Shown one piece after another: positions 37,212 to 49,700 of a DNA stretch of 64,000 nt (its first letter is position 1; every line of letters starts with the position of its first letter). This DNA comes from Takakia lepidozioides (Eukaryota; Plantae; Bryophyta): contig CM060734.1 of the NCBI GenBank assembly GCA_030704615.1, positions 52,886,001 to 52,950,000 on the forward strand, given 5' to 3'. The position numbers and the translations under genes were made by a program. The notes beneath the pieces were generated by a model, which did no database searches, was not told where the DNA came from, and saw nothing but the letters and a program-made list of their open reading frames with translations.

Positions 37212-37489
37212 CATTTTTTGTGTAATAGAAACCAGCAGGCCGCAAACTGCTGGTTTGATTTGGGGGGAGGTCTACATGGTATATTTGTGGAGGAGTGCTT
37301 TTTCTTTGGTTTTGTCTCACTATGATCCGATCCGTGTCTTCCATGCAACATCGATAGTTGATGGTTGCTGATTGTGCAGCCGCGTGGAGCAACCTGTCAC
37401 TACCTCATATTGCGATGCGCACACAAAATTTTGTTGTTTGCACGAATGTGGCGTTTTGATAACGGAAAACAACACACAAATGTAGACCC

Positions 37490-39700
37490 CTAAATGGCTC
37501 CGGACCCAACTCCAAGGAACAACCCTAATTCATGGACATCATCCCTGCAAGAACTACAACTTTGCAGTGGACGACAGCTGCAGTGCAGAGATGATGTTGA
37601 ATTGTCTCTGAAAGGCAAGTGCACCCGCCCTCCACTTGCAGCAAGGCAGAGCTGGGTCTCCCTCCCCACCGGGCCTGTGATGCTCCAGGCATGGGCACAG
37701 CAATCCACATCAATGGCAGGTTCCAAGCACTGTGTAACTTGGAGCTACCTAATCTCAACCCTGGATTGGGTTTGGAATTTAATTCACCGTCAGAAAGCTA
37801 CAGTAGTATTGCTAGTCACATTTGAAGTGAGTTAGTTATCTCATTCAGGCGCTGAGATGACTTACTGTGGAAGTGTGATGAAGACAACTACATGACCCAC
37901 CTTCAGAAACACACTCTACACACACTCCATTGGCCCCACTAAGACCAATGCGCATCTGCACCAAGCTAACCCATCAGTTTTGCCACCCACATTCCCTACA
38001 AACTTGTGGTGAATGCATCTTGCCAAAGGACCCTCAAGGACACTGCAAGCAAAGGGTACAGGTGGGGAAGAGGCGGTTGGTAATGCGGCGAGGGTCGGCG
38101 TCTTCCCTCGGCGGTTGCCATCAGTGCGGGTGTGGTCCCCAGACTGAGCGCAACAACATCTAAGTATGTATCATCACAACAACTCATCACCGTGCAGGGG
38201 GCTATACATCCGGCATGTTCGGATGTGAAGTGTGGGCACACTGAGGACGGTCATGTGGGGGGATTGGGGCCCCTCACATTGAATGCTGAATTGACTGGGG
38301 AGTTGGCAGCTTCCCTATGGGACCTGCTCCTGCTGACTGCTGGATGGTCACAATGGATTGGGGACCAGCTCCAAGTGGGGCCACCCGGTTGACCACAGGT
38401 GAGGCTCAACCCCAAGTCTTTCAGAGCTCTCACGGTTGTGGGTAGGTGAAGCTTCCGAAGTGACCTATGAAAGTTACGCTTGGCCCACCGCAAGGAATCA
38501 TGACGAGACGGGTGTTGGCGATCACGGGAAGCGCATACCAGTACCCAATCCCTAAGTAGCACATCACGCAGTTTCTTAGCCTATTGGGCTTCATTGCCCA
38601 CAGTGATCTGAAGCAGATAGAGATGGTGGCTGTGCGTGGGAGAGGTGGGTGGCGGGTCGTGATTGGCGCTCGATCGCCCCGAGTTGGAGAGAGTTTACAG
38701 CTATTCAACCTGGGTTCTAGAAATCTGTCTGTGTCTAGGGTTTGCAGGTTGAATCAGGTACGTTACTTACCAGTCAGGCTGTAGGTAGAGTGCAAGGAGT
38801 TATGTGCAGTCCTGCCGGGAAAAGACAAAAAATGAGTCACCACTAGGGGAGAGATGTCAGTTGAAAGCTCTGCATGTGCTCTCATGATTTGCTAGGGCAG
38901 GAGAGAAGGTTTATGACAGAGTGCTGACTTTGTTGTTTTCTTCAATGTATTGAGCTTCGGCATCCCTGCTGCACCAATGCCACGGGCCAGTTGAAAGAAG
39001 CCGCAATGTTCAAGTGCATTATACTTTTGCAGTTGCAGCCCTATTGATAGAAAGTTTCTTCATTCAACCTGGCGGGATAGATCTCTGCTAGATTTAGACT
39101 CAATCCTCCAACCAGGCTGAATTGAATGCATCCCTGGAATATAATCCGGATCCTATCGCCCTTCTTAAATCGCCCGAGAATAATATCATGCTATCTCGTC
39201 CCCCCAACAGCTGAGGTCACGATTAGGTTAACAACTCTACCTTAACGTCTCGCACAAGCCAAGCTGGAGGCAGCCAGGGCCTTCTCCCTTATTTTAGCCT
39301 TGTTTTTCTGTACAAGAAGGTGGAGGTTGCTTCTGGCCTTTAATGTTCGTAACTAACTCTCTGCACGGGGCAGAGATTAGGGTTTTGTTTCTCCCTCATG
39401 TCAATAAAGGCATATCCGAAACCCACATCCCTAGATCTCATGTTCCTTGCAATCATTTACTGGTGCCAATCGGAGTAGGAGTAGGTGGTTGTCACAATTG
39501 AAATAGGTAGATCACCACTTGCTCTCACCTCATGAAGTTCTGTCGTTTGATCACCCTATCAGGGCACAGATAAATGGCGATCTTGGAATGTCTCTCTACA
39601 ATCTGCCTTTCTGAACTTTTTTGTCTCCCTTGGACAAGTGTTAGCGGAACCACTTGTCACTTTCCTTGGCTCCATCTTGCGTGGGTGAGCTTAACGTGAC
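37490..39700 (+). pseudogene. Decayed LRR-like coding relic
   Basis: Fragments WTSSLQELQLCSG, SDLKQIEMV, ESLQLFNL..CRLNQVRYL, SQLK*V/ITTCSHLMKF and SLYNLPF (LxxLxLxxC / LxxLP patterns), with many stops and frameshifts. Confidence 0.4.
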
Positions 39701-42700
39701 CAGCGAGCAGCAGACCATGATCAATCCGGGTAATAAGTACTAATGACAACCAGTACACATGTACTACCCTCAGAACTTCATGCTTGTTTTGCCTAAACAC
39801 ACTTGTTTATAACTCAGATACGGTATAAGTACTAGTTTTATTTGGAAGCACAGTCTCAATTTGACTTCTAATCAGCGTCCGATGACAATGCATTGGACTT
39901 CTGCACCTTCTTTAATGTGACTAACTTGGCGCTCCCAGTTTGAATCTCCTCTTCAGTACCAACAATCTTCATGGCACATAACGATCAACATCAAAGAAAC
40001 ACGGCTATTTTGGTAAGCTGCCTCTCAACTCTTGATTCTGATGTGCAAACATATACTGCATCACATTTAACCACACAGAGATTCCCCGGATTGGGGGGTT
40101 TTAAGTTCAACCATTACTAACCGTTCAGTACAAACCACAAACCGACCAACATGGCTTGGTATAGCGTCAAGGACAGCAGATACATAGGCCAGGCTTTAGC
40201 CTTTTGGGTGAAAGGCGGCCTCCTTTCACCCACCAACCAAACCCTCATTGCCAATGAATCATAGCAACCTAAAGTGACCCCCCTTCTGCCTCAGACTACG
40301 AACTTTGCTGTATATAGCAGGCTCTACCTATGTACCATGCATACAAAGGCGCCCTACACTCCATGGATGCATCCAACATACAGCTCCAATGGAGAAGATG
40401 CCTCATGCCCCCACCTTCAGATCGGATATCAATCAATCAGTTGAAGCCCATTTTCATCAGGTTCGGAGATGGGGTTCGCTGCCAACTGTGGGCCAGCAGG
40501 CCGGGCCCTAACCTTGGGAGTCCAGCACAGGAAGGCGCAGCTCTCGGCTTCGTACAGACGGCCCCAGCGTGAGGTGAGGGGAAAGCAGCAGAGACGCCAC
40601 AAAAGCTGCCAAACACAGAAACAGCGGCGGTCAGCGTGGTCGGCAATGAACCCTACAGCCCCCTTCTGCGCCGCTCTTCCTGCCCTCCCCCCCTCCCTTC
40701 ATCCGCTGACCCCACGTGTGGAGCTCTTTCCATGGCCCCACCGCACTGCAGTAGTACATTCACAAAACTGTGAACAGATCAGTGATCACCCCCCTCTTCT
40801 CCTCCTCCCCCTCCACAGTCCGCCTCTTCTTTCACCGTCCACCATATCCCACCGTCTCAATCTCAATCTCACAATGGGTCCAACCTTGAAACGCACAATT
40901 GGGCAATCATCATCTCCACAACGCTGAATCAAATGCTCGCATGTTTGTCTGTGGAATTCTCTTTCCGAATCCTCCCTCCTGCCGCAATGAATTGCCATGG
41001 CTCCAGAGGGGCACCTTTGTTGTTGGAGGTACAGCATTGTCGGGATTGTGCTGACCTCCGATCTGCGCTCCGCTCTACAATTCTCGCTTCAAAGTTCACA
41101 CTTGTCCCCTGCCCCACTCCTCCGCCTCCTCATCACTGTTGCCTTGCTCGCTCTTCCAAATCTCTGCATCCCTGTCGCCCGCCTTGCGGAACCAAAGCCG
41201 CAGCCCTGCCCGCTATTCCTGCACCCCCACACATGTCTCCATCTCTGTGAATTGGAGCCCGGGACCACACAGTTATAGCAGCAACAATTGGTATATTACA
41301 TCCTCCAGCTTTCATCCTCCCCCATGGAAAAATGAAAAACAAAAAATTCTTGTCTGAATATATGCATGTGTTTGATCAAAATGTGTTGGCGGCACGGCAC
41401 AATTGTTGCTCATATGCACCGAACAAATGCAAGCTACATCTTATGCCATCGACGGTTGTGGAGAGACAAGAGACGAAGTTTGGAGATGTTAATATCTCTA
41501 AAGCATGAGAGACTCCAATAATGGCCGGCGTAACTTAGAGCCACTTCGCCTAGCGGCTAAGTTATGCCTCCTTGCAAAGGGTGGGCAATTCACAACATAG
41601 TGTCACCAATAGAGCCCTGGGGCAATGTGCGCAAGAGAGACACAAGGACGGAGAGGTCAATTAAATAAGGTGGAGATAGAACTCGTCTTGCCTTGGTGCA
41701 GAGGGTCACTAGTCACTACTCCAGGCTATGTATGGAGACTCTATGTTAGGAATGGGGTATGGGGAGGAGTCCTTTTTGCTTTACTATTTTTGGGGAATAA
41801 TTTGGTTTTTTTAATCCCAGAATTTACTTTACTATTAATTATTTGGGGGAGAAATTAGGTTTTATTCAGATTTGCTTTGTGGGTCCAAGCCTCTTTCCAT
41901 AAAGACAGGGACTTACACATGAGGGGGCTGAGTCCCTGGAGAAAAAGTAGGTATAGATAAATTGTAAAGGATTGGAAATTACTGTACCAAGGCAGGGCTA
42001 CTAGCACAGCATCGATGAATGCCTCTTGTTTAATTTGGATGCTTTTTCTTGTTCTTTCACATCCGTCCCAATTTTGGAGGCACATAGGGAGATGCTCTGA
42101 AAACAAGCCGGTATTATTAATGCGAGCAGTCAGCCCTAAAATGAGAGGCCACAGCAGCGAGAGGGCGACGAAAAAGGCAGATGGATGACGGATGAGGGTC
42201 GCCCACCGACGCCAGCCGCCGGCCTTTATGATGCCGACCACGCGCACGCCGTCAACTGACTTTACCGGTCGCCGGGATGCCCTCTCATTCGCACGTCCAA
42301 TACCCACATACCTTTGCACGTGGGTGTGTAGGTCTAGCTACCTACCACCCTGCGCCTACTGCCTGTATGTAAGCTGTGGAATATACCGAATCTTAATCTG
42401 CCATGCAGATGGATGAAGTCACGAAAGTGGAGGATGCCGACGGACGGATGAGTGGGGTCCGCATCACGCCGAGCGCCACACGTGGCACGCAGGGTGGTAA
42501 CTGGCCAGGCTGCGACAGCATCGGACCGTCCCCCGGGATCGTTCCGCCGCGTGGTAAGACCCGTGACGTCAGATCCAGATCCGTCACATGGGCCGCAGCG
42601 CGGGAAAGGATAAGACGCCGGGTCCCCCGTCCGCCGGGCGGGGCCGCGACCCGCGTATGCCTGCAAACGATATGGGATATATGAATCCCATGGTCAATAT

Positions 42701-43710
42701 TTAAGCGTACATTATAAAGGGGGTTAGATGCAGTGTACACTAAGCAACACATGCATGTACTGCCACACTCTAGTAACGTACTCTAGTATCTTACTAGTGA
42801 CGTACTAACCACAGACCAGTCAGCTGCTCAGTCTAGTGGGTTAGCAGTGAGTTAGTGGCGTACAGTAGTGTAATGAAGGGCGGCGTGCGATACGGTCACC
42901 GTACATACTTCCCGGTAGGTATACGGTCCAGACCAGAGGTTCGAACCAGGGCACGTAAATATCTGTCCCGGCTGCAGAGTCTTGGAGTGTGTGCAGACAG
43001 CGAGAGTGATGGTGGGGAATTAGGGCAGCCCAGTGTCTGCATCAGACAGAAATTGCAGGAGAGGGAGGGAGAGAGAGAGAGGGAGGGAAGGGAAGACTGA
43101 GTGAGCTGCAAAGCAGATGTGTGAAGTGCAGTGTGAGCATCGATCAGCGTACAAGAAGAAGGTGGAAGATGTAGGACCACGAGGCCAATGTGAAGGTTAG
43201 CATTCACAGTTGTCCACAGATAAGTTTGCTGGTGCCAACTACAGGAGAAAAGAGAATGATACAAGCACAGCAAACAGCAAAAGCAAAAGAGTCGGCACTC
43301 TTGGGGCAACTCCGACATGAAAGAAGTTTCTAACAGCCACTAAAAATGTCTCGGTTAGGACAACCCATGGGCTGACTGACAATACAATATGACGTCCAGT
43401 GGAACTTACGTGAACTTGCACCCAGAAGCACCACTGCTGTGCAATCTTTTGTGAGAAGCCTACATTCGGAATGCTCACCATTCTTATCCATCCTTCAAAA
43501 ATGAAATGTCAGCAGTCAAGGGATGTCCCTTCGAAACTCTTTCACCTACACTGCACTTAAGGACGCCGCGTGTCTGAGGTCCTTCTGCTAGTAACACTAA
43601 CATTAATATATGGCCGGCCAAATCACCCTACTCAGTACTGCAGGTTCCATTCTCACAGGGTCCTACTCGCAAGAACCAGAAAACAAGGCATTTTGGGGAA
43701 ATATGAAAAG

Positions 43711-46700
43711 TTAACCAAGCTTGGAATCCACGTATTCCATGGCCTTGGTCTTCACATGCTCCACTCGTGCTTCATCTCCATGTGCCTTCTCGTAATCCAA
43801 ATACTTCTTGAAGAGAAACTGCAGTAGAAGTGAGGTAGGTTAACCACGGTTAGATAAAATTGCTGGTTGGAATTAGTCCAAAGATGTCGTACTTCACCCC
43901 TTCTTGGGTCAATTTATGAATACAATTTTTAATGATCATGTATGGAGCTTCATTCTGCCACATAAGTCCACTAGTTTTAAAGGACATTAAATGCTATTTT
44001 TGCTTCAAACTACAAAGTCCCATGTCTACCCTGTGAACCTCTTTTACAACCTTAAAAAATCGTCTCTTACAATGAATCTGCAAACATGACAAGTCTATCT
44101 CCAATTTTTCAGACACCTCACCGCAGTGCACATGGCAAGGAAGTAGAATTTTTTTAGGAGAGTGCACTCATAGAGCTCAGCAACACACCTTCATCTTTCG
44201 GGCTGGAAGGTCTAAGCAGATCACCCTCTCAAATAGAGCACGCACGACGGTTGACTCTCCCAACCGAATCTCCTGATATAAACATTACATTCTTTGCTTG
44301 AGGAAAAAGCAATGGCGAAGCAGACAAATTTTTGCACCAGTAAGAAATACCCATTTTGAAGGAACAAGAGAACTGACTGACAAAAGAGCAGGGACAATGG
44401 GCACCTGGTCTAAGTAGACACTCCAGAGGTCAGTGCGCTTCGGATAATTCCGCAGAACACCATCAAACATGGTCCTCGCTCTCTCAGCTGATCCAATTCG
44501 AAATTCAATGATTGCCACATGGGTTATCACTTTGATGTGCTTGCGGCGAGGAAGACTGAGAAGTGCCTGGTCCAAGGCCTTATGCGCTGTATCCCCCACG
44601 CCTCTAGCCAGCAAACTCTGTATTTGCATGAGCCATACCTGCAATTGCAAGTATAGAAAACAAACTTTATGCTCCCCCTGTCCCGTCTCTTATACACTTC
44701 GAAAGATAAGTAAGCCCCTTTCTGTTTGCACTTTCCCCCTTGGAAGAAGAACTCCTCAAGATTTGAAACTAAGATGATTTCTGCTTCAACTGAAATCTAT
44801 GCAACAAAAAATTCTACCCACATGACAAAGTCTACCTTGGCAGAAGTCTTGAATTTTCGGGTCATGGTCTTCAGCAACTGGTCAGCCATTGCTTCTTGGG
44901 GACCTTGGGGATGTGTTGGGTTTTCATATACGCGTAACAATCCAAAGTAGAGCTTCTTGGGGTCACAATATTGGAGCGCCCTGTTGAACACCTCTAGCAC
45001 AGCCTCCTGCTTGCCACCAAGACCCGTGTCAACAACCCAGCTATGTTGCTACATCAAATGTCTACAAATATATATACATATGCAAGCACACACATGCGGA
45101 ATGGTCACTGCAAGAGGACATTCCTGCTCACAACCACGCAGCCAGAAAACAACCGTCAAAGGCTCGATAACACTTCAGGGCCAACTAAGAGACACCACAG
45201 CCACCCAACAACCAAAGTGAAAAGACATGGAAATCCCATGGAAATCCCAAGAGTGAATACTGCTTGATCGACCTTTGGGGGGTTGCCATAGCGGTTTTCT
45301 AAATTAAGCAAAGCCACCCACACATTCCGCTTCTCCCCCTCCTCCCTGAAATTTATGGTTTGCAACGCCCTGATTATTGCGCAAACAGCCCACAAAAGAG
45401 ATTGTTACTGAAACATCGTAACAAAATATGACCACACGCTTGACTGCCAAAAAGAGCAAACGAGTTGATGTTTCATGACAGCTGCCATATTCTGACACTG
45501 AGACTCTCATCCCTAGGTACATTCCTAGGGCCCGACATGTCCAGTCAGTAAATGCAATTTTGCATTGCCAGAGCCTGACCAGTTCCACATCAAGAACATC
45601 CAGAAACAAGCCTTCATTTGGAAGGAAAGGTTTGAAGTACTCCAAAGCACAATATAATTTGTGGACAGTCACCATGGCTCTGGATACTGTTCCCACTTTC
45701 ACAGAGCATGTGTTGCACAGAGAGAGTACTATGTGAGAGGCAAACAGACCTTTCTGCTATGGCCCGAGCTTTTTCAACATCAGCAAGCTGTAGCAGGTAC
45801 GCCATGTATTTAATCCATACAATGCTACTGTTTGGTGACGTCCGAACCAGCGCCTCAAACTCATCGATAGTTTCCGGTGCTTGATCACCTTTAAGACGCT
45901 TTTCCTCTGCTTCTCTGATAGCTGCCTCCCTGCTAACCAAGAACCAACATATCAATAAATAAAGTGCCACCTCTATCCTTTGTCATCCACTTGCTTGGCA
46001 GATTCCTTTTCCACACAGCGGCGACAGTGTAGAGTGTCCCCCTTCTTGATCATTCCTATTTGTTGTATTGTAGTACTCTTTAGACCACTGAAACCAGGTT
46101 GATCAGTCAGCCTTCATACTGGACACCAAGCACTTACTTTCAGGAGATGGCTTTTTACTTGTTTCTCAGAAAGATTTCGCATGGAAACAAAATTTAGGTG
46201 CCATACGTGTGGCTCCCAACGATAGAGGACGGCACACCTTTCTTCCTTTTGGCGTTTTTTGGCCCTCTTGCTCAACTTTTTGGCCTCATCTGTGACATCC
46301 TCTTCAGCAAAATTTTCATCATCAGTGTCAGGCCCAGCTGCAGTCTTCAGTTCTTCATCCAACTGGACCTCTAGGGGAGGTGCCAGTCTAGACATCATGT
46401 CAACTTCTTGATGAATTACATCCAATTGACTTTCTTCTTCAGCAGAATCTTCTTCATCCCCACTCTCAGCCCCACTGACAGCTCCATCAACCTCGTCGAC
46501 TACTCTGCTGGTGTCTGTTTGATGTCCTGTCTCAACATCAGTGGCAATGTCCTCTTCCTGAGAATCATCTGTGTCTTTTGTGACAGTACCATTTATTTCA
46601 ATGTTGTGCCTGGCTTCGGCCTCCACTTCATTGACAGCACCTGCATCTGATTGTAACTCCTCTTTGATTGGCTCTGGGAAATAGGACTCCTTCAGTCCTA

Positions 46701-49700
46701 GAGAGATACGGTCGTGGGCAGCATCAGTCTAGAGCAAAACAACATGTCAGAGTCAAAGAAGACCTTCCGTCACATTCAAAAGTCAGATCAAAGCAAGCTC
46801 CTTGGGGGACACGGGGTCCCAGCAGTCATCAGATGAGAGGAAGTATTACTACTTAGATTGCTTGCCATAGCATTTCCTCAGAGACCGCTTCCCCCTATGC
46901 ACAGAAGACATACACCAGACATGAAGCATATCCAAAGGGCGTGAACTTACCTTTAGAACAACTGCTCGCACTGTGTCTCCAACTTTGTAGAGCTTTTCAA
47001 CCTGTTTGACAAAATGGTCTGCAATCTCTGACACGTGACACATACCAACCTGCGTAATTGACAACCCAAAACCTTCAATAACAATTGAGGAATGCATTTG
47101 AATGTGGACTTCCAAGATTCTTCCACACTACACGTTGAAGGCATCCCCACCCCCCCTTTACCTTGGACTCACAATTAAATACTTTAGAATACAAACAGTT
47201 ACGGTGCAGTGACGAGTAGTCTGTTGTTAAAGGCAATGGCGACAATCTGCGTTAACCTGTGCTTAGTGTGACTGCAGGTAATTCCACCTAGGGAAGGAAA
47301 AGTACAGATGAAGTCTTACAACGTTGCTCTGATCAATGGACACAAACAATCCAAAGGGTTCAATCCGCTTAATCAATCCAAAGACTACATCTCCCACATT
47401 AAAGTCTGCAAAATGCCGGCCAAGAACACCCCTTGTGGCTGTGTTTGAAGCATCAATTGGTGAGCTTTTCAGGGTCACTTCCACCCTTCCTGACAACGGC
47501 TCTGCACTCAAGATCCTGACAGTGCAAACCAGGCCAGGTTAGGAAACGATCCCACCTAAATTACTAGAGAAGTGCTTAGTTACTAGAGAAGTGCTGAGTT
47601 ACATATACTTGCCACTTTTCCACATTTGCGACAGAAGCAGAGGACACTTTGCACCTGGCTTCCAGAAATGGCTGGGTCAATGTGCTAGAGAAGACCAACC
47701 CTGTGCCCTTTAAAACAAAAAATAAATAAACTCTTGAAAACTTGAAGTTGGATGATCCCTGCAGGTCAATCGGGCTATGAAAGTGAATACTTTTGCAAAC
47801 CCTTACCGCCCAGTGACAAGCTTGCCAGGAGGAAAGCTTTCAGAAGGATCTCTCACAAAAGAGTCAGACAAGTTGGAGAGGAGGACCCTCGCATCCACAT
47901 GGCGTGCCAGCGTAAGAAAGCATCCTTTATTAGATGCACTCTTCACAAACCCCTACACATACAACCAGAAAATGCATGTCTCAGGTGGAGATGAAAACAA
48001 ATAGACCCTGTGAGCATGGAGCCCACAACAGTACACGAAACTATTAGTAAATAAGTGCGACACTCGATTCTTGCTTGCCAACCGACATGCAACTCCCTGA
48101 TAATCAACAACCACAAATAAATAACATAAAGCTCCCAAGATTCGCTGCACGACTCAAACTCTATCAACACCCACACCATAACTTTGATCCCAAAAACAAA
48201 TGAATTTTAAGTGAGGGCATGGAACAAATTTTGAAAAAGTGGTCATCTGGTACCTCCACTTGGAGACCAGGTTTGAGATCATCGACATTCTCCCACAGAA
48301 CATTTGCCTCCCCCCTACCACATTTCACCACCAACCACATTGTTAGAAATGCACGATGTTGGAACTTACTTGGCTACTATTAGAGGATTGTTAAGCTGTC
48401 AAACAAACTTAAGATCTGTATGGGGGCCATTAGATTTTGAAATGACTGCTCCCAAAGTATGACTGAATCATATTGTCAACCTCGACTCGTCACATTCTCT
48501 CCGCAATCCTAGTTAAGTGCCCTCGAAATCCAACCATGACAAAGCAGAAAAAACGCACTACATGGGCAGCCAAGACTGTACACTCAAGACTGCACACTCA
48601 GAACATCTCACCTGGATTGTTAAGCTGTCAAAACAAACTTAAGATCTATATGGGGGCCATTAGATTTTTAAATGACTGCTCCCAAAGTATGACTGAATCA
48701 TATTGTCAACCTCGACTCCTCACATTCTCTCCGCAATCCTAGTTAAGTGCCCTCGAAATCCAACCATGACAAAGCAGAAAAAAACACACTACATGGGCAG
48801 CCAAGACTGTACACTCAAGACTGCACACTCAAGAGCACAGTTGTTGCATCGATGAAGATCAGTCCACAGCTCACACATAGGGTCCCAGAGATGAAACCCT
48901 CAGAGGTAGTACCAGCTAACAGAAGAAAAGAAAATGTTAGACAACCAACTTATGAGACCAGAAGGTAAGCAAACCAATACCTTCCACTTCTCTTCTCTGC
49001 TTCATCAAGTATTGCCCCTATCCCTCCAGAACCACCAAGAGAAGGTCGCAAAGACAAATCCACCTGGGGCTTTCCATTGAAACTCTTCCCAAATTCCAGA
49101 ACCCTACACCGAACAAATTGACCTTCCTTAAAATAGGACACAGGGTTGTCTCTCCAGATGTCATCCAAGTGGGTCACATGAACCCTACCAAACATAGTCA
49201 ACTGGATCTGCACACTGAGCCCCCCAACACCAGGATAGACCCGTGCGACTCGTCCACCCATTACATCCCCCTCTTTCACCTCTTCTTTCTTGTCGTGGTC
49301 TCCAGAACCACTATCCTGGCAACCAACATGCCCTTCTATTGCAGAGATATCAAGCTTCCCTCCTTCCATAGCAGTGTCAATGCTTCTCAATGAGAAGTCA
49401 AGAGTTCCTTTCTCCGTGTTAACGGATTTGACACGGCAGCGAACTGCAGTCCCTGGCTTGAATCGGTCTTGGAATCTCCCGAGTTCTGCAGGATCTGTAG
49501 ACGAGTCAAGGACAAACAAGCGCCCTCTCACGCGGGAGCTCAGCAGCAGCCATGCCCATTCATCGGTAACCTCTTGCACATACACCGTCACAATCTGACC
49601 AATGGAAATAGCCTCCAGTGTGGGAAGACTTCCAGATTGGACGCTCCCCATGTCTGCTTTCAGTGCATCTGTCTCACAATGTGCTGCTGTCAGTAAGACA

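Noticed and set aside
37183-37220. Calling the hairpin a functional rho-independent terminator
   Set aside because: Nuclear eukaryotic context with no upstream prokaryotic gene; kept only as a structural observation.
41705-42870. CACTA transposon ends (cactagt/cactact ... actagtg/agtagtg)
   Set aside because: Only 7-9 bp of inverted match and no 3-bp target-site duplication for either pairing.
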